Of a DNA stretch of 44,928 nt, positions 7,903 to 14,723 are shown one piece after another (within the stretch, counting starts at the first letter, position 1; the number at the start of each line of letters is the position of its first letter). The DNA is from a virus. Lineage: Duplodnaviria; Caudoviricetes. The stretch is from IMG/VR virus record IMGVR_UViG_3300011441_000017, positions 1 through 44,928 of that record; one strand, given 5' to 3'. The notes below the pieces were generated by a model that was not told the origin of the DNA, did not search any database, and saw nothing but the letters and a program-made list of their open reading frames with translations. Both the position numbers and the translations under genes were made by a program.

Positions 7903-8253
7903 TCATCCGGCCCTCCGAATCGAAATAGTTGTTTCGACGACGACGCCTTCACTAATTTCCGCCAGGGCGACACAGAGGCACGGCCGGAGCCGAGCGATCA
8001 TCCACAGCCGGGAGAACTGGACCGTCTCGACGCCAGCGATCCATCGAGAGAGCGCCGACGGATCCGGATACCCCATCTCGAACGCCGCTTCCTGCTTCGT
8101 CATCCCGGCCAGCAGAATCCCGCGCTCGATGGCTCGGCCGATGAGCAGCGCAAATGATTTGCGCTCAGCCTCGCCCGATGCGACTGAGGCCGCATGAGCT
8201 TTGCGTGGCACCTCGCCGATCAGGCCGGGTAGGCTGTGGTTCATGGTTAGCAC
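7903..8253 (-). CDS. XRE-like HTH regulator (CII-like position)
   Basis: GMTKQEAAFEMGYPDPSALSRWIAG. Confidence 0.7.
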   Translation of the reverse strand: MLTMNHSLPGLIGEVPRKAHAASVASGEAERKSFALLIGRAIERGILLAGMTKQEAAFEMGYPDPSALSRWIAGVETVQFSRLWMIARLRPCLCVALAEISEGVVVETTISIRRAG

Positions 8254-8257
8254 TCAC

Positions 8258-8476
8258 CTATCGAGACGCGAGCTTCAGGGGCGAACGCTTCGGCGTTCGC
8301 TCCCCCGCCAGATACTTGTCGACGGCGATCCGGGACCAACGGGGGCGCTTGTCGATCGAATCCAACTCGGGAATCGGGAAGACTCGCTGACGACGGAGCC
8401 TGGAGATCGTGCGACGCGACGTCTTCAGCACGCGCGCGATGTCGTCGATGAAGAGCACGTCCGGCAGCGACATCAC
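8258..8476 (-). CDS. Excisionase/AlpA-like HTH protein
   Basis: LFIDDIARVLKTSRRTISRLRRQRVFP...RPRWSRIAVDKYL. Confidence 0.7.
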   Translation of the reverse strand: MMSLPDVLFIDDIARVLKTSRRTISRLRRQRVFPIPELDSIDKRPRWSRIAVDKYLAGERTPKRSPLKLASR

Positions 8477-8709
8477 GCCACGGCCTCGACGTGGGAAAAG
8501 TACCGACGGATGGAATAGCCGAGCGCCTCAGCGAGACGTTCAGCAGTCTTGGGTGTCTGCGCTTCTCCGCGCAGGAAACGGCTGACGGTCATGACTGAGA
8601 CGCCGGCGGCGGTAGCGAGATCGGTGTTGTTCCAGCCACGGAGGGCCATGTCCGCGACCATTCGGTCGATGTTGAATCGTGGTCTACGTCGCCGCGGTGT
8701 GTCCGCCAC
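8473..8709 (-). CDS. Cro-like XRE HTH regulator
   Basis: RGWNNTDLATAAGVSVMTVSRFLRG; divergent from the repressor; probable leaderless GTG at 8709. Confidence 0.8.
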   Translation of the reverse strand: MADTPRRRRPRFNIDRMVADMALRGWNNTDLATAAGVSVMTVSRFLRGEAQTPKTAERLAEALGYSIRRYFSHVEAVA

Positions 8710-8715
8710 GTCCAC

Positions 8716-8745
8716 ACTCTAAAATTGTCGTGGACTGCGTGTCAA
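8716..8745 (-). promoter_or_regulatory. Early lytic promoter
   Basis: TTGACA (8745-8740), 18-nt spacer, TAGAGT (8721-8716); GTG 6 nt downstream; AT-rich patch. Confidence 0.7.
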
Positions 8746-8804
8746 CACTTTTTTTAACGACTGATACCAAGGAGGCAACAGCACCAGTTACGCTTGCCGG
8801 CGTC

Positions 8805-9353
8805 GTGACAGAGTCCTCGCCTGTTTCCGCCCCTAAGTTCGGGCAATGGTTGAAGATGAAGCGCGGCTCGCGTTCACTGGCCCAGATTGCCAATCAAGTC
8901 CGCCCGCTCGTGAAGGGCCTAAAGCTGAAGGTGGATCGCACAGCAATCCACAAATTCGAGGGCGGGCGTATCCCGAGTTGGCCAATGTTGAGGGCCTTCA
9001 GTAGCGTTTATCGCGTGTCCGTAGAGGAACTCGCGGTGCGGCTTGCCGCGGCTGTCACATTTCCGGGCTCGGACGATACGGTCGTTTACTTCGCGGGCCA
9101 CGGAACGCCGACCGCCAGTGACCTCAGCCGTCACGACTTCGATCTACAAGAGGCATCTACCCTGCGAGGTGCCTATGAGACAGCTTCGGCTCGTGTGGTC
9201 CAACTCGAAGAAGAACTCCGGGAGAAAGACGCTCGCCTCAGTGAAGTGCAAGATGCTGCGAGCCGACTTGTCGTCATCGCCGCTGGTCCAAAAAATTCTC
9301 CGGCTCGAACAGGAGCACACAAGGGGCGCGGCGGTCATCGAAAAACTGGTTGA
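8805..9353 (+). CDS. Phage repressor-like XRE HTH protein
   Basis: FGQWLKMKRGSRSLAQIA...VDRTAIHKFEGGRIPSWPMLRAFSSVY; C-terminal coiled coil; divergent from cro; start uncertain (TACGCT at 8789-8794). Confidence 0.7.
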   Translation: MTESSPVSAPKFGQWLKMKRGSRSLAQIANQVRPLVKGLKLKVDRTAIHKFEGGRIPSWPMLRAFSSVYRVSVEELAVRLAAAVTFPGSDDTVVYFAGHGTPTASDLSRHDFDLQEASTLRGAYETASARVVQLEEELREKDARLSEVQDAASRLVVIAAGPKNSPARTGAHKGRGGHRKTG

Positions 9354-9408
9354 TGACTTACTGAACGCGGCGGGCGGCTGGGCCATTCTGTTCATGGCTG
9401 TCGCCTGA
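9175..9408 (+). CDS. Hypothetical protein overlapping the repressor 3' end in another frame
   Basis: GAGGTG-cct-ATG at 9175; 77 aa. Confidence 0.4.
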   Translation: MRQLRLVWSNSKKNSGRKTLASVKCKMLRADLSSSPLVQKILRLEQEHTRGAAVIEKLVDDLLNAAGGWAILFMAVA

Positions 9409-9430
9409 TCATGGAAGGACGAATACACGA

Positions 9431-9721
9431 TTGCTGGCATTCTTGATCGGCCTCGCATCCTTCATCGCCGTCGTCGCCGCAGCGATACGCGGTGTGTCCT
9501 ATCGTGGGATCTATTTTGCGCTCGCTCTTTGCGCGTTGATCATCGGCCTGATCGTTACCGCGCTGATCCCATCGACGCCGCAAATCCTCGCCGCTGAGAC
9601 CCCCGAAGCGCGCGCCGGCAGCCAGTTCCTCTTCGACAATGGCCCTGGGTTCGTCGTTTGGTGCTTCGCGCTCGCCTTTGCTGGGCTCGTTGGTGGAGTG
9701 GCCTTTCGCGCGCGACAATGA
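9431..9721 (+). CDS. Small membrane protein with three hydrophobic segments
   Basis: Three hydrophobic stretches; its stop overlaps the integrase ATG (ATGA). Confidence 0.6.
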   Translation: MLAFLIGLASFIAVVAAAIRGVSYRGIYFALALCALIIGLIVTALIPSTPQILAAETPEARAGSQFLFDNGPGFVVWCFALAFAGLVGGVAFRARQ

Positions 9722-10713
9722 AGGGCATCCGCCGCGATCGCTACGGTTACAGGGCCTACGTGAAGGTGCGCGGGTTCCAACGCGAGCGCCGCTTCCCCTT
9801 CGACACTCCCGGAAAGAAGATGCAAGCGTGGCGCGACGAGACGCGCGTGGCGCTCAGAAAGAAACCCGTCAGGAACACGCGGGGCACGCTGGCGGCCGAC
9901 GTCGCCGCCTACCTGGAGCTCGAGACCGTCAAGACGCTCGCCAGCGTGGGGAGCCTGACCTGTGAGCTGGCTGCGTGGGTAGCCCTCTACGGTGACGAGC
10001 GCCGCGAGGATCTCACGCGCGCGCAGGTGCTGTCGGCGCGCGAGCGGTGGCTGGCTGACGGCTACGCGCCGAAGACAATCAATCATCGGGTTAGGGCACT
10101 CCGCGGCCTATTCCACCGCCTCGACGGCAAGAAGGCCGACACCCCCTGCGACGACGTTCCGAAACTTGAGGAGCCAGGCGCCGACCCACGGTTCGTGACA
10201 CCCGCGAAGATCCGACAGGTCGCGAGCCGATTGACCGACCCGAAGACGCGCGCGCGGTTCATGGTTCTAGCCTCGACTGGCCAGAGGCCGGCGCAGCTTC
10301 GACGCGCGCTGCCCGGCGATGTCAATCTCACCAGGCGCCTCTGGCTGGTGCGCCCAGCGAAGGGCGGGAACCCGATACCCGTCGCACTGACCACGGACAT
10401 GGTGTTCGCGTTCCGCGCGTTCATCGTGAGTAAAGCGTGGGGCAAGTACGACGGCTCCGACTTCGTGCGCGCGGTGCGCGCCGCCGGCTGGCCGAAGGGC
10501 GTTCGGGTCTACAACCTAAAACACACCGTGGGTATCACCCTCGCCAATTCCGCTGCCGAGTGGGAAGACATCAAGGACTGGTTCGGGCACAAAGATAGCA
10601 AGACGACCCGCATCTACACCGGAGTCGTCGCCAAGCGCTTACAGGTCACGAGTCGGCTGTTGGCTGGCAGACTCGGCTGGCAGTCCGGTAAAACTCGAAG
10701 GAAAACAGCATGA
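9718..10713 (+). CDS. int: Tyrosine integrase
   Basis: STGQR, PAKGG, YNLKHT, FGHKD, TTRIY; N-terminal arm-binding-like segment; next to a tRNA fragment. Confidence 0.88.
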   Translation: MKGIRRDRYGYRAYVKVRGFQRERRFPFDTPGKKMQAWRDETRVALRKKPVRNTRGTLAADVAAYLELETVKTLASVGSLTCELAAWVALYGDERREDLTRAQVLSARERWLADGYAPKTINHRVRALRGLFHRLDGKKADTPCDDVPKLEEPGADPRFVTPAKIRQVASRLTDPKTRARFMVLASTGQRPAQLRRALPGDVNLTRRLWLVRPAKGGNPIPVALTTDMVFAFRAFIVSKAWGKYDGSDFVRAVRAAGWPKGVRVYNLKHTVGITLANSAAEWEDIKDWFGHKDSKTTRIYTGVVAKRLQVTSRLLAGRLGWQSGKTRRKTA

Positions 10714-10889
10714 TCCCCAGGCTCATAACCCAAAGGTCGCGGGTTCAAATCCCGCCCCCGCAACCCACCAAATCAGCGTATTTTGAGGACATTTGTCCTC
10801 CGAATCCGGCACTTTCCACCTGTGCGGAAACAGGCCAGAAACTGCCCCATCGTGCCGTTGGACGCCAAATAAAGCTGGCAGTGCCAGCC
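10662..10889. repeat. Putative integrase arm-type sites GGCTGGCAG flanking the att core
   Basis: ggctggcag at 10662 and 10675; gctggcag at 10874; inverted tgccagcc at 10882-10889. Confidence 0.55.
10720..10765 (+). other. attP core: 3' half of tRNA-fMet(CAT)
   Basis: GGCTCATAACCCAAAGGTCGCGGGTTCAAATCCCGCCCCCGCAACC contains the anticodon loop, T-arm and 3' acceptor strand of initiator tRNA; 5' half absent. Confidence 0.85.
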
Positions 10890-11023
10890 GCGCGTCTCCG
10901 GGTTCTACTCTCGACACTGCTCTGGTCCTCAGACTCCCGCCTGGATCAGTGGCTCCGTCTGATCCCCTGGTATCGGCGCCGGCAGACCACCGCGCGGCTC
11001 ACCGATCTCACGAGGGGCTGGTA

Positions 11024-11155
11024 ATGGCCATGACCTACACCAGCGCGATCGCGCTCGTGAGTCTGACCGTCGCCGCGGTGCTCGTGTGGCGCCGGTTCCT
11101 TAGACACGCCCGCGCCTCGGTCGCCGAGAACACCCGGCGCGAGGACCGGGAGTAG
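11024..11155 (+). CDS. Small single-TM protein
   Basis: GAGGGG then ATG; MAMTYTSAIALVSLTVAAVLVWRR. Confidence 0.4.
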   Translation: MAMTYTSAIALVSLTVAAVLVWRRFLRHARASVAENTRREDRE

Positions 11156-11165
11156 CGAGCGGCCC

Positions 11166-11339
11166 TCACAACACGTTTGGGATCGTCAGCACGCGCCGGA
11201 GCAGGTAGAACACGAGGACGAGCAGCGCGATCACCTGAATAACCGTCGCCCAATGCGGAGGCATGGGGATCTTCGTCGTCAGGAGCCAGATGACAAACCC
11301 GATGACGCAGACGACGAGGACGAGAAGGATGAGATCCAT
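11166..11339 (-). CDS. Small two-TM membrane protein
   Basis: MDLILLVLVVCVIGFVIWLLTTKIPMPPHWATVIQVIALLVLVFYLL; helical hairpin with IPMP turn. Confidence 0.7.
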   Translation of the reverse strand: MDLILLVLVVCVIGFVIWLLTTKIPMPPHWATVIQVIALLVLVFYLLRRVLTIPNVL

Positions 11340-11439
11340 AGCTTTAGCCTCACAAGAAAGGTCAATGTAAAATTGCCGATGCGCCGTGATCCGGGTGTCG
11401 AATCCTGATCGCCAAACCAACGGGCTTCCACCGCTGACA

Positions 11440-11469
11440 GCGGGCCGAGCGTAGGCATCCTCGGCCCGC
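11440..11469 (-). terminator. 10-bp GC hairpin after the last late gene (no U tract)
   Basis: gcgggccgag, 10-nt loop, ctcggcccgc; 15 nt beyond the stop at 11485. Confidence 0.35.
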
Positions 11470-11484
11470 CGTTCCCAGCATGGC

Positions 11485-11610
11485 TCAGCGCACCGGCAAT
11501 ACCTGGAAGGGCTTTCCACAGACCCGACAGAACCACCACGAGCTCTCGCGGCCGATGGGCTCGACGTGCTTCGCCGGGGATGTGCATTTTGGACAATCGG
11601 GCGTCGTCAC
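11485..11610 (-). CDS. Small Zn-ribbon protein (41 aa)
   Basis: GTGA overlap; CPKC...CRVC. Confidence 0.5.
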   Translation of the reverse strand: MTTPDCPKCTSPAKHVEPIGRESSWWFCRVCGKPFQVLPVR

Positions 11611-12941
11611 GCCGCACTCGCCGGCAGGTACACATTCGCGGGGAAGTTCCGCCGCGAGACGGTGTCGTCCGAGTCGCCCCTGAAGGTGTTCGCGCGCACG
11701 TCGAGGATGTTCGCGGCCTCCAGCCCTTGCCCGTGCACGCCGCCGTTGGCATGACCCCACAGCATGAAGCCCCACTCCGGCCGCGTGCCGTCGTAGGCAC
11801 CCATCCGCAGCTCGCCGATGGGCCCGCCGGGGCGCACCGAGCCATCCGCCTCCATGACATCGCCCTGGTAGGCCAGCACCAGGCTCTGGCCTGACAGGTC
11901 GCCGCGGCAATCGTCGAAGACCACCGACGCCGGCTCGCCGCTGATGAGCGCGTAGCGCCCGTGTCCCATGAAGTCCGCGCGCGTGCGGATGGCCACCCGA
12001 TTCACACGGACACGCATCGATCCCTGCGTGTGGGACAGGTAGTCGCGACCCATGATCTGGAAGCCGTCACCCACGTCGGTGATGATCCCATCCTCGATCG
12101 TCACGTCGTCCACGAGCCGGCCGTCGCGTGGCGTGAGGACGATGGCGTGTCCGACCTGCCCGTCTACCCACGTTCCCGTCATGTGGAAATTGCGGATGCG
12201 AACCCCCACTCCGGCTTTCAGTTCCAATAGGTTCTTGATCTTCCGAGGCACGCCGTCCGTGCGCCACGACAGCGGCTTGCGCAGGACCACGCCGTCGAAC
12301 AGCAGATCCCGAGTGATCACGCCGGCCATCTTCATGGTGTCGCCGCCAACCATGATGTTTTCCGATCCAGCCTCGTAGGTACCACCCGTCACCAGCAGCG
12401 CCCCGCTGGAGTTGAGCACGCATAGCCCCTGCGAATCGCGCCCAGCCGGATCCCAAGTGTCCAGCACCGAGCAGTCGGTCAACTCGACGGCCCGCGCGTT
12501 GACTTCGATGCCACGCTTGCCGCGATGGGTTGGCACCCTCACGCGGTCGAGGGTAATGTGGTGCGGCTCGAGTTCGGTCGATGTCTGTGTCTCGTCGTTT
12601 GCCCCGAGGCGCACAACCGCCTGGTCGAAATTCTGCGAGACCGCAGAGAGTTCACGGATCGCCAGGTCGTAAGATCCGGGCGGCGCCACGAACGCGGCCG
12701 CGCGTTGACTCACCACCGATGCTCCGTGGCCGAGCAGCCGCGTGCCCGGAACCCATACGGTATAGGCCCCGCGGTAGACAGCTCCGGACATCAGATGGAT
12801 CACCCCGCCGTGGTCGAGCGCCGCCTGGAGGTCGCCCTCTGGTGGCACCGTCACGCCCAGGTCGGCGTCGTAGCGCGCCATGAGCGCGGTCAGGTGGTCG
12901 CGCTCGACTTCCACCGCCGCCCGCATTTCTGCGCCAGTCAT
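11607..12941 (-). CDS. Right-handed beta-helix (pectin lyase-like) protein, possible depolymerase
   Basis: GDLQAALDHGGVIHL cap; repetitive strands HHITLDRV, DLLFDG, KNLLELKAG, DVTIEDG. Confidence 0.7.
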   Translation of the reverse strand: MTGAEMRAAVEVERDHLTALMARYDADLGVTVPPEGDLQAALDHGGVIHLMSGAVYRGAYTVWVPGTRLLGHGASVVSQRAAAFVAPPGSYDLAIRELSAVSQNFDQAVVRLGANDETQTSTELEPHHITLDRVRVPTHRGKRGIEVNARAVELTDCSVLDTWDPAGRDSQGLCVLNSSGALLVTGGTYEAGSENIMVGGDTMKMAGVITRDLLFDGVVLRKPLSWRTDGVPRKIKNLLELKAGVGVRIRNFHMTGTWVDGQVGHAIVLTPRDGRLVDDVTIEDGIITDVGDGFQIMGRDYLSHTQGSMRVRVNRVAIRTRADFMGHGRYALISGEPASVVFDDCRGDLSGQSLVLAYQGDVMEADGSVRPGGPIGELRMGAYDGTRPEWGFMLWGHANGGVHGQGLEAANILDVRANTFRGDSDDTVSRRNFPANVYLPASAA

Positions 12942-13198
12942 GGCTTCTTCGCCTCTTCCACCGCGGCCTCTGCCCGGTTCACTTCGGCTTGCGCCTTCAA
13001 GGCCGCGGGTGACGATCCGGCTTCGCGCACCGTGGCCGACGGCACGACCGACTGCCGGATGATCACGCCCAAGATCGCCGAAGACGCCGCCATGATCAGT
13101 GACATCTGCTCCGTGGTGAGGTTCAGCCCGAAGCCGACGGCGAGCGCCAGGATCGCTTGCAGTGCCGCGAGAATTGCGGCCGGTTCTCTTCCTAGCAT
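12938..13198 (-). CDS. Holin-like protein
   Basis: ATG at 13198 after AAGGAG; REPAAILAALQAILALAVGFGLNLTTEQ...; two TM segments, charged C-terminus. Confidence 0.75.
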   Translation of the reverse strand: MLGREPAAILAALQAILALAVGFGLNLTTEQMSLIMAASSAILGVIIRQSVVPSATVREAGSSPAALKAQAEVNRAEAAVEEAKKP

Positions 13199-13220
13199 CG
13201 GTTGCGTCTCCTTGTTGTGT

Positions 13221-14723
13221 TCAGCGTTGAATCTTCCAGACGATGACACCGGGCATCCGGCCCAGCTCGGCGACGATGTGATAGCCGTTCTTCCACTGCA
13301 CCTGCACGCCGCTATCGCCGACGACGACGGTGTAGCCGTCGTTCCCTGTGATGCCGGAGTAGACACGGACGGCGTTCGTGAACGATTGCACGGGGACGTC
13401 GGTCCCGGTCCATCCCGCGTTGCGGTACGCCAATCGGGCATCGGTCTGCGCGTGGATGCTCCGGAAGCCAGCGAGGAACGCATCGGCGCAGGCTTGCTGG
13501 TTCGGCTGCGGCAGTCGCGCGTTCAGGCCGTCCTCGGAATGGAAGACGCACGCGCCGAGCTCGAACAGCCGGCAGAGCGCGCCCATCGCGAAGAAGAACG
13601 CCGGATCGGACTCGCGGCGCCCTGGGTCGTCCGCTTCCCCCGCGCCGATCGGTTCGCCGCTGATGGCCGGCTTGCCCGTCCCCTCGCTGATGCCCGCGAT
13701 CTCCCGGATTCGTCTGACCTGGTTCCACTGATCTCGTGATCGATCGAGATGCGCGGTGTTGAATGGAGCGGCGCCATCCGGCGGGTAGGTGCCGTCCGGT
13801 CCCATCTCATCGAGGCCGAGCATCGCGCCGAGCGACCAGATGTGGCCGTTCGGCATCGATCGCGCCGAGACGACCTCGAAGCCGCGGATGTCGTTGACGA
13901 GGGAAGATTGCGTCGAGTGGCCGAGTTCGTTGGCGCCTTCAAGGATCACATGCGAATACGGCGCGACGATCGCCGAGACTTGCTGCATGTGGGCTTCGAC
14001 GGGGTACCCGGTGGCGGAGTCCGTGACGACGACGAGGTAGAGATAGAGGCCCCGTGCGATCGTTTCCTGAATGAGCGCCGGGAGATTCGCTCGCGCGGAG
14101 TCCGGGGTCTGGTTCGCCCAGGTCAACGCGCCCGCGAACACACGGACGCCATCGAAGCCGGTCCTCGCCGCCCAATCGAGGAACGCCGCGCGCTCAGCAG
14201 GGGAACGCGCCAGGAGTGAGAGGCCCGAGGTCCAGCGGCCGCGGTACGTGCCGGCGGTGGTCGTGAAGAAGCGGCCCTCGGCACGCACCGGCAGCAGCGG
14301 CGGTCGGAGCCGGGTCAACCGGAGATCGCGATGCAGATGCCGCGACAGGTCGATCCCCAAGGCGGCCGGCGCGAACCCGTTCGCCTCGACCCGCACCTGA
14401 TGCGCGCCTCTCTGGAGCACGGCGCTGGCGTAGCCATATGTGTTCGTCGTGCCGCGCGCCGTGTCGTCGATGACCATCGTCGCGCCCGGCAGGTACGGCC
14501 CCGTCGACTCCCGCACCGTGACCGAGAATTGGAACGTGGTCGGCGGCGGCGGCTTCGGATTCGGTCGCGGGTTGTTACTGCACGCCGCGACGACGAGGAC
14601 GGCACACGCGATCACCCATAGCCATCGTGGTCGGCGCTCGTGCCACCAGTAGCGGAGATACGCGGGCGTGTACCGCGCGAGGTACCACCACACGAACCAC
14701 AGCCGTTGTCGGAGCACCGTCAT
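13221..14723 (-). CDS. Predicted lipoprotein: Ig/PEGA-like domain plus clan GH-A-like glycoside hydrolase barrel
   Basis: Hydrophobic stretch ending VVAAC, Pro linker, GATMVIDD...TTNTYG, GFDGVRVF, ILEGANE (acid/base-like), AISGEP (nucleophile-like). Confidence 0.6.
   Translation of the reverse strand: MTVLRQRLWFVWWYLARYTPAYLRYWWHERRPRWLWVIACAVLVVAACSNNPRPNPKPPPPTTFQFSVTVRESTGPYLPGATMVIDDTARGTTNTYGYASAVLQRGAHQVRVEANGFAPAALGIDLSRHLHRDLRLTRLRPPLLPVRAEGRFFTTTAGTYRGRWTSGLSLLARSPAERAAFLDWAARTGFDGVRVFAGALTWANQTPDSARANLPALIQETIARGLYLYLVVVTDSATGYPVEAHMQQVSAIVAPYSHVILEGANELGHSTQSSLVNDIRGFEVVSARSMPNGHIWSLGAMLGLDEMGPDGTYPPDGAAPFNTAHLDRSRDQWNQVRRIREIAGISEGTGKPAISGEPIGAGEADDPGRRESDPAFFFAMGALCRLFELGACVFHSEDGLNARLPQPNQQACADAFLAGFRSIHAQTDARLAYRNAGWTGTDVPVQSFTNAVRVYSGITGNDGYTVVVGDSGVQVQWKNGYHIVAELGRMPGVIVWKIQR

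Noticed and set aside
10720-10770. Functional tRNA-Met gene
   Set aside because: The 5' acceptor strand and D-arm are missing; treated as an att core
10710-11024. 104-aa ORF after the integrase
   Set aside because: Runs through the att core and arm sites; at most its 3' part could be a small gene
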